Shown: positions 46,764 to 54,660 of the stretch, one piece after another | How the letters are laid out: each line of letters starts with the position of its first letter | Position numbering within the stretch: position 1 is the stretch's first letter | Assembly: GCA_022823235.1 (NCBI GenBank) | Contig: JAJDXO010000026.1 | Location: 66,807-130,806, forward strand | From: Rhodospirillales bacterium | GTDB taxonomy: Bacteria > Pseudomonadota > Alphaproteobacteria > Rhodospirillales > UBA2165 | DNA: 64,000 nucleotides | Direction of reading: 5' to 3' | The notes under the pieces: model-generated | The model's database searches: none | Seen by the model: the letters and a program-made list of their open reading frames with translations, nothing else | Told to the model about the DNA's origin: nothing | Translations under genes and position numbers: made by a program

Positions 46764-48338
46764 CTAACCAAGGGCCTTTTTATTGCGGGCGAAGAACACC
46801 ACGACGATGACGGCGATCGCAATAAATGCGATTGAGATCGGACTGTCGAAGAGGAACCACGGGTTGCCGCCGGTCGCCGAAAAGGCCTGCCGCATCGCTT
46901 CCTCCAGGCGGTTCGCGAGAATAAAGGCGATCACGAACGGAAGCACCGAGATATCCAGTTTTCGCATGAGATACCCGATGAAGCCGAAAAACAGCGTGAA
47001 GTAGATGGCGAACATATCGGTGTTTTGCACATATATGGCTGTCGGCGTCAGCAGCAGAACCACCGCCAGCAGACGCTGTTTCGGCACCTTCACCATCACG
47101 CCGGTCGCCCGCATGAAGATACCGCCCAAGGTCCAATTCAGGATATTGGCGCAGATCATTGTCGTGAACAGGCCGAAGACAATGACCATTTCGGGATTTA
47201 TCTGATCTGGAATCACCCGGAAGACGGTCGGGCCGGGGTTGAAACCGCCGATGGATTCGGCGGCCAGGATTATGAAAACCGCCGAGACGTTGCCCGGGAT
47301 TCCCAGTGACAGGACCGGTATCAAATTGGCGCCCGCGACCGAGGAATTGGCCGCCTCGGTCGCCGCGACCCCCTCGGGCACACCCTCTCCAAAGGATTTG
47401 TCGCCCTTGTACATTTTCTTGCCGCTGGCATAGCCGAGGGTCGCCGCCAGGACCGAGCCAATACCCGGGAGCGCGCCGATCGCGGTGCCGATCACCGCCG
47501 ACAAGCCGACAAACGGCAGAATGCGGCGAATGTCGGCCAACCGCAGTTTGTTGTCCCCTTTTTCCTCGATCATGGTGATTTCCGAGCGCTCGCGCATTTC
47601 GCGCCACATGTCTTCCATGGATTTGAAGACTTCGCCCAGGATAAGAACGCCGACGACCGCGCTGACGAGCGGAAATCCATTCCCCAGTTCCTCGCTCCCC
47701 ATGGAAAGCCTGGGATATCCGTCTTCGCCGGTCCCGATATAGGCGAAAAACAGGCCAAGGAGCGCGCCGAGAATCCCCTTCCAAACGGACCTTCCGACGA
47801 CGGCGGATATGAAGGCGAGCGATAGGATGATCAGCGCCGCTTTCTCGGGAAAGTCGAGGAACCGCTCGACCATGATTGCCAGGAACGGCGCCGAGGTGAT
47901 CAGAACAATGTCGGAAAACGTATCGCCGGTAACCGACGAAAAGTGCGCCACCCGCAGCGCCTTTCCCGATTGGCCGTTCCGCGTCATGGGATAGCCGTCG
48001 AACGTCGTCAGCACGGAATCCGGCGTGCCCGGCGTGTTGAACAGGATCGCCGGCACCGCGCCGCCGATTGTCGAACCCTTCATGATGCCGACCAAAAAGC
48101 CGAGAACCGGCAACAGGGCATCGGGCGTGAACCCGAATACCGAAATCAGGATGGGCAGGGATACGGCCATGGCAAACGGGCCGCCGAGACCCGGGGTCGC
48201 GCCGACCACGATGCCGCCGACGAACCCGCTGAAGACCATTACCAAGGTGATCGAGATCGGCAGCCCGAATATGGAGAATGCGGGCTCGGCGGTGAATACC
48301 GCCAATACGCCCAGCCAGACGTGATCCAGCACACCCAC
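46764..48338 (-). CDS. tctA: tripartite tricarboxylate transporter (TTT) large permease
   Basis: GTG 48338 overlaps the tctB TAG by 1 nt. Polytopic TctA-like sequence. The upstream 122 codons of ORF 46764..48704 overlap tctB out of frame. Confidence 0.85.
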   Translation of the reverse strand: MGVLDHVWLGVLAVFTAEPAFSIFGLPISITLVMVFSGFVGGIVVGATPGLGGPFAMAVSLPILISVFGFTPDALLPVLGFLVGIMKGSTIGGAVPAILFNTPGTPDSVLTTFDGYPMTRNGQSGKALRVAHFSSVTGDTFSDIVLITSAPFLAIMVERFLDFPEKAALIILSLAFISAVVGRSVWKGILGALLGLFFAYIGTGEDGYPRLSMGSEELGNGFPLVSAVVGVLILGEVFKSMEDMWREMRERSEITMIEEKGDNKLRLADIRRILPFVGLSAVIGTAIGALPGIGSVLAATLGYASGKKMYKGDKSFGEGVPEGVAATEAANSSVAGANLIPVLSLGIPGNVSAVFIILAAESIGGFNPGPTVFRVIPDQINPEMVIVFGLFTTMICANILNWTLGGIFMRATGVMVKVPKQRLLAVVLLLTPTAIYVQNTDMFAIYFTLFFGFIGYLMRKLDISVLPFVIAFILANRLEEAMRQAFSATGGNPWFLFDSPISIAFIAIAVIVVVFFARNKKALG

Positions 48339-48907
48339 TATTGATCGCCGTTCGGCGGCAGCAACAGGTTGTCGAACGGTACGTCGTAGATGAATCCCAG
48401 TACCACGACGGCGCCGATGGCGACCCCTGCCGCCGCCATTGAGAAACGGTTCTCGACCACCCGAATGGCGCCGAACACCAGCACGAATCCGCCGGCGGCA
48501 AATCCCAGATACTTGTATGGAACGGTATCCCGAAGCTGGCGGTAGGTTCCGATCTCGCCGCCCAGTCCATTGATGGACTCGACGACGACAGGACCGGTGA
48601 AAACCATCAGCACCAGGCCAAGCACAAGCACCACGGCCATTCGCAGGAGGAACGCGATGCTTTGGCGATCGGGGGTATCGTCGAACGGGTCCGGGCGAAA
48701 CCACGAGGTGGCGCCAAGCGCAAGCGCGGCAATGAGGACGCCGACGGCGGCGCCGGTCGGGGCGAGGGCGTCACCGATCATTACCTCACGCCGAAACCGC
48801 TCGATCAGGCCGGTTTCGATGTCGTTCGGAATCCAGACCGCGAGCGTCAGAACCGCCGCCAGAACGAAAAGCGCGGCGAGCGCGAGTGTCCAGCGGTCCT
48901 GTTGCAT
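48338..48907 (-). CDS. tctB: TTT small membrane subunit
   Basis: 189 aa, 4 hydrophobic segments, positioned between tctC and tctA. Confidence 0.75.
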   Translation of the reverse strand: MQQDRWTLALAALFVLAAVLTLAVWIPNDIETGLIERFRREVMIGDALAPTGAAVGVLIAALALGATSWFRPDPFDDTPDRQSIAFLLRMAVVLVLGLVLMVFTGPVVVESINGLGGEIGTYRQLRDTVPYKYLGFAAGGFVLVFGAIRVVENRFSMAAAGVAIGAVVVLGFIYDVPFDNLLLPPNGDQ

Positions 48908-48955
48908 GACCTCCCCCTAAGCGAAAGGGCGGAGCACTGCCCCGCCCCGATCAGC

Positions 48956-49918
48956 CTAGTTGGTTACGCTCATAAGTGTCTTGGATTCTTTCAGTCCGTT
49001 TTTGATGAAATCGTCCAAGGCCTTGCCGGAAATCAGATCCGGGCCTGTGTATCGGGCAGTGACGAACTTGTTCACTTCGCTGTTCTTGTCCGAAATAACC
49101 TCGGCAAAGGCGGCGGCGAGTGTGTTCCGCGCGTCCGCGGACATTCCCTTCGGTCCCACGACGATGAACTTGGCGCCGATGTCATAGGGAATGCCGAGCT
49201 CGATCAGGGTCGGCGCGTTCGGCGAATACGGAATCCGCTTTCCAACTCCCGAAACGAGATTGATCATATCCCCTGATTTGACGGCCTTGGCCTGGATTCC
49301 GGCACCGTATCCGATATCAATGTCCCCGGCGTTCAACGCGTTCATGACGGCGCGTCCGCCGCGAAGAATGACGGTATTGAATTTCACGCCGTATTTCTGT
49401 TCGAGCAGGTAGTTCACATCGGCATGCTTTTGGCTCATGCCGCCGAACTTCACCGTGCCGGCCCGAGCCGCTTTGAGGAAATCGTCCCAAGTCTTCCAGC
49501 CTTTGGAGGCCTTTACCACGAGGCCCATCTGGGAGCCGGTTGTGGTGGTAATGTAGGTGAAGTCGTCCGCCGTGTAGCCCGGGTTTTTCGACGCGAGCAT
49601 GTTGTAGCCAAAGGACTCGGTCACCGCCATGCCGATGGCGGTTCCGTCATTCGGAAGACTCTTGAGCTTGCGCGCCATCAAGGCGCCGCCGCGGCCGGCA
49701 ACGTTCGAGGGGATAACCTTCCACCCCTTGCGTTTTTGCAGTTCGGACGCAATCAGGCGTGCTTGCGTATCGGTGCCGCCGCCGGCGGCAAATCCGATCA
49801 TCAGGCTGATCGGTCCCTTGGGTTTCCATTCCGCGGCCGCGGAACCGGCCATCAGGCCGACAGCCGCCACGCCCAGCGCGGCGGAAACGAGAACTTTCTT
49901 GGCAGTTTTGAGGGTCAT
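48956..49918 (-). CDS. tctC: TTT periplasmic substrate-binding protein (Bug family)
   Basis: 320 aa. Signal peptide VLVSAALGVAAVGLMAGSAAA. Bug motif FAAGGGTDTQARL. Confidence 0.85.
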   Translation of the reverse strand: MTLKTAKKVLVSAALGVAAVGLMAGSAAAEWKPKGPISLMIGFAAGGGTDTQARLIASELQKRKGWKVIPSNVAGRGGALMARKLKSLPNDGTAIGMAVTESFGYNMLASKNPGYTADDFTYITTTTGSQMGLVVKASKGWKTWDDFLKAARAGTVKFGGMSQKHADVNYLLEQKYGVKFNTVILRGGRAVMNALNAGDIDIGYGAGIQAKAVKSGDMINLVSGVGKRIPYSPNAPTLIELGIPYDIGAKFIVVGPKGMSADARNTLAAAFAEVISDKNSEVNKFVTARYTGPDLISGKALDDFIKNGLKESKTLMSVTN

Positions 49919-49967
49919 CTGACGTCCTCCCAGTTGAAAACAAGTTACGTGATCGTTCCAGTCGAAT

Positions 49968-49985
49968 TAGTTGTTATAACAACTA
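49968..49985. promoter_or_regulatory. perfect 18-bp palindrome TAGTTGTTATAACAACTA (operator copy 1, upstream of tctC)
   Basis: Reverse complement equals itself. Lies 50 nt upstream of the tctC ATG (49918). Confidence 0.6.
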
Positions 49986-50017
49986 TATTGATTTTCGGTT
50001 CGTGATGCAAGCGCTTC

Positions 50018-51367
50018 TCACCCCGGCGGCTCATACGGATCGAGGGTACCGGGCGGGATGGGCGGATGCGCCTTCAGGCTTTCCCGGAAGTCGCGAACCA
50101 TCTGCGAAATCGGCCCCATGACCCAGGAATTCAGGATCGCCACATTGGTCTCTTCCTTGGGGTCCTGGATGAGGTTGAACAGGTACGGGGCTTCGAGTTT
50201 GCCCTTCCCCTCGTTGACTTCCGGCTCCCAGTAGAAATGCAGCTTCCAGTCCCGCCACTTGGCCGCCCGCATGTCTTCCTTGATGAAGAAGACGAAGCCC
50301 TCGCGCGCGGAATGTTCCGCGCCTTCGAACAGAAACGCGGTCTGGTCGATTCCGTCGACGGGCCGGTCCGCCGGTATGCCGTCGCCGGCGCCCGCGAGCT
50401 TGGCGAGGGTGACGTAAAAGTCGGAGATATGGAGCATCTCGTCGCTGACCGCGCCGGTCGGCACCTTGCCCGGCCAGCGCAAAATACACGGCACCCGGAG
50501 GCTGCCCTCCATCGCCGTGTGGTAAGTGCCGCGCCAGTAGCCCGCCGTCCCGCGCCAGGGGTCGCGAAACTCCGGGCCATTGTCGGACGCGAAGATCACC
50601 AGCGTATCGTCGGCGATCCCCAACCGGCCGATCTCGTCCAGAATCTGGCCGACCCGGTGATCCAGTTCCACGAGGCTGTCGGCCATCTCCCCGTGACCGG
50701 TGACGCCCTTGAAATCCGGATGGGGCAGGTTGGGAAAGTGCATCTGGGTGACCGGCGCATACAGAAAGAACGGCTTTTCGTCCGCCACCGCCTTGCCCAT
50801 GAAGTCAATGGAGCGCCGGACGATCTCGCCGTCGATCAGCCGGCGGCTCTCCATGTCGAAGACCTGAAGGTCGCGGGACTCCTCGCCCGCCTTGCCTTCC
50901 ATCAGGTGCGGAACCTGAACCACCCGGTCGTCGAACCCCTGCGCCGTCGTGAAGTAGGCTTCGTTGAGGGTGCGCGGCAGGCCGTACCAATCATCGAATC
51001 CGCGGGCATTCGGCAGACGATGCGGGGCGTCCCCCAGGTGCCACTTGCCGTAATGGGCCGTCGCATAGCCTGCCCCGGAGATCAGCTCGGACAGCAGCAC
51101 CTCCCATGTGGTGAGGCCATGGGGCACGCCCGCCGGCATGGATTGATAGGCGCCGGTACGGATCGCGTGACGGCCGGTCATCAGGGCGGTCCGGGTCGGT
51201 ACGCAATCGCTTTCCACGTTGAAGTTGGTGAGCCTGAGGCCCTCTTCGGCGAAGGCGTCGATTCGCGGCGTCGGCGCGCCGCGCAAGACCCCGCCGCCGT
51301 AGCAGCCAAGCTCGCCCCAACCAAGATTGTCGGCGAGAATGAGCACGATGTTCGGCCGCCCGCTCAT
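50018..51367 (-). CDS. Cys-type arylsulfatase-like sulfatase (S1 family), no signal peptide
   Basis: ATG 51367 overlaps the MarR stop (ATGA). RPNIVLILADNLGWGELGCYG and SDCVPTRTALMTGR motifs. Confidence 0.85.
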   Translation of the reverse strand: MSGRPNIVLILADNLGWGELGCYGGGVLRGAPTPRIDAFAEEGLRLTNFNVESDCVPTRTALMTGRHAIRTGAYQSMPAGVPHGLTTWEVLLSELISGAGYATAHYGKWHLGDAPHRLPNARGFDDWYGLPRTLNEAYFTTAQGFDDRVVQVPHLMEGKAGEESRDLQVFDMESRRLIDGEIVRRSIDFMGKAVADEKPFFLYAPVTQMHFPNLPHPDFKGVTGHGEMADSLVELDHRVGQILDEIGRLGIADDTLVIFASDNGPEFRDPWRGTAGYWRGTYHTAMEGSLRVPCILRWPGKVPTGAVSDEMLHISDFYVTLAKLAGAGDGIPADRPVDGIDQTAFLFEGAEHSAREGFVFFIKEDMRAAKWRDWKLHFYWEPEVNEGKGKLEAPYLFNLIQDPKEETNVAILNSWVMGPISQMVRDFRESLKAHPPIPPGTLDPYEPPG

Positions 51368-51858
51368 CCGCCGCCGGTCTCGCCGGTTTCGTCCAAAAGC
51401 GTTATCGCCTGGCCTTCTATCTTGCGGAGCAGGCGGTCGAACTCTCTCCGCTCCGCCGCCGTCAGCACACTGATCAGCCGGTCCTGCCTGTCCTGGGACG
51501 TGGCGGACATGGCGTCGTAGAGCGATCGGCCTTCGGGGGTGAGTTCGACAACCATCCGCCGCCGATCCGCCGCATCCGGCGTCCGGCGGACCAGTCTCCG
51601 GTCGATAAGGCGCTGGACCGCCCTTGAGACATTGCTCTTGTCCATCACCGTCTCTTCGGAAATCCGGCTGGCGCTCATCGGCCCGCCGCGTCCCAGGGGC
51701 GCCAATGTCCGCCACTCCACCGACGTCATCCCGAATTTGTTCCCGTACGTGCGGGTCGCCCAGAGGGTCAAGCGGTTGGACAAAAGCGAGAAACGGTAAG
51801 CCAAGATATTCCGCAGCTCGAATTTCTCCGGCCCCGCCGGTGCCGCCAAGTCGTCCAT
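51364..51858 (-). CDS. MarR family transcriptional regulator
   Basis: ATG 51858 with GGGAGG 10 nt upstream. Winged-helix SASRISEETVMDKSNVSRAVQRLIDRRLV. Translationally coupled to the downstream sulfatase. Confidence 0.8.
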   Translation of the reverse strand: MDDLAAPAGPEKFELRNILAYRFSLLSNRLTLWATRTYGNKFGMTSVEWRTLAPLGRGGPMSASRISEETVMDKSNVSRAVQRLIDRRLVRRTPDAADRRRMVVELTPEGRSLYDAMSATSQDRQDRLISVLTAAERREFDRLLRKIEGQAITLLDETGETGGG

Positions 51859-51895
51859 GCGAACGTCGCCTCCCACCGGAAATCATCTCAAATTT

Positions 51896-51913
51896 TAGTT
51901 GCTATAACAACTA
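51896..51913. promoter_or_regulatory. operator copy 2, TAGTTGCTATAACAACTA, in the marR / comA-like divergent region
   Basis: 17/18 match to copy 1. 38 nt from the MarR ATG and 52 nt from the ComA-like ATG. Confidence 0.6.
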
Positions 51914-51964
51914 AGATTTGAAAACGTTCGGACCGGAAAGCACAGGCCGGGAAGAGGCACGACG

Positions 51965-52759
51965 ATGGCTGACACGGCATTTGAATTCATTGACTTCCCC
52001 ATGCGCCCGTCCAAGCCGCGGCGCGACGGGCTGACCATGATGATCGATTGGGGCCTGCCCCTCGCACTCCAGTCCGATGTGGTGGCGGGAGCAAACCGGT
52101 ACATCGATATGGCCAAGATCGCGGGTTCGATAGCAGGCGTGATGTCCCGCGGGCTGCTGGAGGAAAAAATCGCCGCCTACAGGTCAGCCGGGATCAGCAC
52201 CTCGCAAGGCGGGCTGTTTACGGAAATGGCCTATATGCAGGGAAAAATCGAACCCTTCTTCGAGCGCATTGCCGAACTGGGTTTCGATGCGGTCGAAATC
52301 TCGGACAATCTGCTGAACTGGAGCCTCACCGACAAGGAACGAACGATTCGGCTGGCGATCGAGCAATTCGGACTGAAAGTCCTTGGCGAGGTGGGCCGCA
52401 AGGATGCGGCCATGGACGACGACGCCTTGCTCGAGGATCTTCGGATCACCGTGGATGCCGGCGTCACGTCGGTATTCGTGGAGGCATACGAACTATTCGC
52501 GGGCGATTCCATTCGCGACGACCTGATCGCGAAGATCGCCGGGCAGCACCCGTCGGACACCATCATCTACGAACTGCCGGTGGTCGTATTGCCCGGGGTC
52601 ACGCGCGAGTTCAAGCACAAGGTCACCGTCTGGATGGTGGATGCGCTCGGCTCCAACGTGAACCTGGCCAACGTGGAGTGGGACGAGATCTGGATGACCG
52701 AAATCATCCGGTGCCGCGGCGCCGACAACCTCGAAGAACCGGATAATACGCAGGCCTAG
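51965..52759 (+). CDS. comA: phosphosulfolactate synthase (ComA, coenzyme-M pathway type) family protein
   Basis: 264 aa. Blocks KPRRDGLTMMIDWGL, GFDAVEISDN, LGEVGRK and GSNVNLANVEWDEI match, from memory, the conserved blocks of archaeal (2R)-phospho-3-sulfolactate synthase. Confidence 0.7.
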   Translation: MADTAFEFIDFPMRPSKPRRDGLTMMIDWGLPLALQSDVVAGANRYIDMAKIAGSIAGVMSRGLLEEKIAAYRSAGISTSQGGLFTEMAYMQGKIEPFFERIAELGFDAVEISDNLLNWSLTDKERTIRLAIEQFGLKVLGEVGRKDAAMDDDALLEDLRITVDAGVTSVFVEAYELFAGDSIRDDLIAKIAGQHPSDTIIYELPVVVLPGVTREFKHKVTVWMVDALGSNVNLANVEWDEIWMTEIIRCRGADNLEEPDNTQA

Positions 52760-52827
52760 GGTCCGGCCTCGATTGAGCCGCCATAGGAGTGTTGGGCGAT
52801 GGGGACCGCGCCGGCTAAGGCGTCAGC

Positions 52828-52930
52828 TGAGGCCTAAATTGATTGCGTCATGGCCGGGCCCAGACCCGGCCATCCACGTGTACCGTACACCGCCAGACGT
52901 GGATCACCGGGTCCAGGCCCGGTGATGACG
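52828..52930 (+). repeat. REP-like element R2 copy followed by a second hairpin module
   Basis: ATGGCCGGG-N6-CCCGGCCAT, then CCACGT..ACGTGG, then ATCACCGGG-N6-CCCGGTGAT. Matches the classic alphaproteobacterial intergenic hairpin family. Confidence 0.75.
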
Positions 52931-52937
52931 ACTCTTG

Positions 52938-52980
52938 TTCCCCCGCCCCCATCACGGGAGCGGGACAGGGGGAGGGGGAA
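52938..52980. repeat. C-rich/G-rich inverted repeat TTCCCCCGCCCCC..GGGGGAGGGGGAA
   Basis: 13-nt arms with one mismatch, followed by AGGGGGCGAGGG. Located just after the convergent sulfatase stop (52996). Confidence 0.6.
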
Positions 52981-52995
52981 AGGGGGCGAGGGCCC

Positions 52996-54531
52996 CTAGG
53001 CCTCGTGTTCGGGCAGGTCCGCCATCATCGGGCCCGGCCGGGCCCGGATCATGTCCGTGAGCTCCTTTTGCAGCGCGGCGTACCCGGGATCGCCGAAGAG
53101 ATTGTCCATCTCCAGGGGGTCGTTCCCCAGATCGTACATCTCCCCCGCCCCCGAGATCAGCTCGAGCGTCAACTTGGCATCCCGGGTGCGCACGGTTCTG
53201 AGATTGAGCTCCACGCCGGTGCGGCTCGGCTGTTGGTTCCACTCGGAATAGGAAACGTCGCGGCTTTGCCCGCCGCCCTCCGCCAGCGGCCGGACCGACG
53301 TGCTTTGATCCATGCTGCCGCACTCGACCCCCGCCCAGTCATAAAAGCTGGCGGCGAGATCCACCGTCGAGACCGGCGCATCGACAATCGCGCCGCCGGG
53401 GACATGGGGGCCCTTGACGATGAACCCGAGTTTGAGCAGGGCGTCATACGGCGTCGGTCCCTTCAGATAGAGCCCGTGATCTCCCAGCAGGTCGCCGTGG
53501 TCCATGGTGAAGACGACGATGGTGTTGCCGGCGAGGCCCGTATCATCGAGGGTCTTCATGATCCGGCCGACGCCGTCGTCGATGAAGGCGATCTCGCCGT
53601 AATAATTGGCGGTCATTTGCCTCAACTGCCTGTCGGTCTGGGGCTGGATGCGCGAATACTCCTTGCGCAGCGTCTGCTCCCGCTGCCGTTTGGCTCGCGG
53701 CTCGTTCTCCAGGGACGCCCGATGCCACCAGGGACGCCGGTCCAGGTCCCTTTCGTGGGTCCGGGAAATATCCACTTCGTCTTCGTGGTGGAGACGGCTC
53801 CAAGGCTCGGGACAGTCGAACGGATGGTGAGGATCGGGATAGGATGTCCAGAGGCAGAATGGCTCGTCGGCGCCTTTTCGGCTTTCGAGAAACGACTTCG
53901 TGCGCTCGGTTACCCAATGGGTCGAGTGCCACTCCGCCGGCAGGCCCGAGAACCAGGTCTGGGCCGCCTCCTGTTCGGGACCCAAATCCTCGGCCCAGCG
54001 CCGCCACGCCTCCCCCTCCCCGCCGTTGCCCCAGAACCAGCGCTCAAAATGATGGCCGCGGGGCGGTTTCTCACAGGGAAGCAGGTCGTGCCAATGGCCG
54101 AGGATCATCAGCTCCACATGGTCGAACCCCATATAAGGCCCGGACCAGTCATCCGGAAATTCCGCCGACCGGGCCCGGGATTCCGGGGCGCCGAAGGGCG
54201 TGTTGCCGGGGTTCTCGCCGAAATGCCCCTTGCCGATGAAGGCGCTCCGGTATCCCGCATTCGCCAATGTCCGCGCCCAGCCGGTTTCGCCGACGGCGGG
54301 GTCCAGGCTGACATGATTGTCGTAGACCCCATGGGTCAGCGGCAGCAGTCCCGTCAGGATGGAGGCGCGCGCCGGCTGACAAACCAGGTTCGGGGTAATG
54401 GCATTCGAGAATCGGGTTCCCGACGCGGCCAGGGCATCGAGGTGCGGGGTCTTGATCTTCCGGCCTTCGAAGCCGAAGCAGTCCCAGCGATGCTGGTCGG
54501 AGGTGATGAGCAGAATATTGGGTCGGGTCAT
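52996..54531 (-). CDS. Cys-type sulfatase (S1 family), no signal peptide
   Basis: ATG 54531. MTRPNILLITSDQHRWD and NLVCQPARASILTG motifs. Paralogous to 59398..61044. Confidence 0.85.
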   Translation of the reverse strand: MTRPNILLITSDQHRWDCFGFEGRKIKTPHLDALAASGTRFSNAITPNLVCQPARASILTGLLPLTHGVYDNHVSLDPAVGETGWARTLANAGYRSAFIGKGHFGENPGNTPFGAPESRARSAEFPDDWSGPYMGFDHVELMILGHWHDLLPCEKPPRGHHFERWFWGNGGEGEAWRRWAEDLGPEQEAAQTWFSGLPAEWHSTHWVTERTKSFLESRKGADEPFCLWTSYPDPHHPFDCPEPWSRLHHEDEVDISRTHERDLDRRPWWHRASLENEPRAKRQREQTLRKEYSRIQPQTDRQLRQMTANYYGEIAFIDDGVGRIMKTLDDTGLAGNTIVVFTMDHGDLLGDHGLYLKGPTPYDALLKLGFIVKGPHVPGGAIVDAPVSTVDLAASFYDWAGVECGSMDQSTSVRPLAEGGGQSRDVSYSEWNQQPSRTGVELNLRTVRTRDAKLTLELISGAGEMYDLGNDPLEMDNLFGDPGYAALQKELTDMIRARPGPMMADLPEHEA

Positions 54532-54543
54532 GGGCGGACAAGA

Positions 54544-54561
54544 TAGTTGTTTTAACAACCA
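54544..54561. promoter_or_regulatory. operator copy 3, TAGTTGTTTTAACAACCA, in the sulfatase / lldD-like divergent region
   Basis: 16/18 match to copy 1. 13 nt upstream of the sulfatase ATG 54531. Confidence 0.5.
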
Positions 54562-54660
54562 AAATAAAAGCCCTAATTTCGGCACCCCCCCGGCCCGGAT
54601 TGCCAATTCCGGCCAAAAACGGTAGGGATAAAAATACAGCACCGTTACGGGGAGTCAGCC

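Noticed and set aside
50018-51886. Apparent 622-aa MarR-sulfatase read-through ORF
   Set aside because: The N-terminal 172 codons are an alternative frame over the MarR gene, whose own frame (51364..51858) shows a winged-helix motif and RBS. The sulfatase begins at ATG 51367 with the conserved RPNIVLILAD block (ATGA coupling).
52843-54546. 567-aa + strand ORF, and likewise 59245..60993 (-) 582 aa and 40621..41895 (-) 424 aa
   Set aside because: Each is the antisense frame of a sulfatase or of the histidine kinase, all of which have clear catalytic motifs. Rejected as shadow ORFs.
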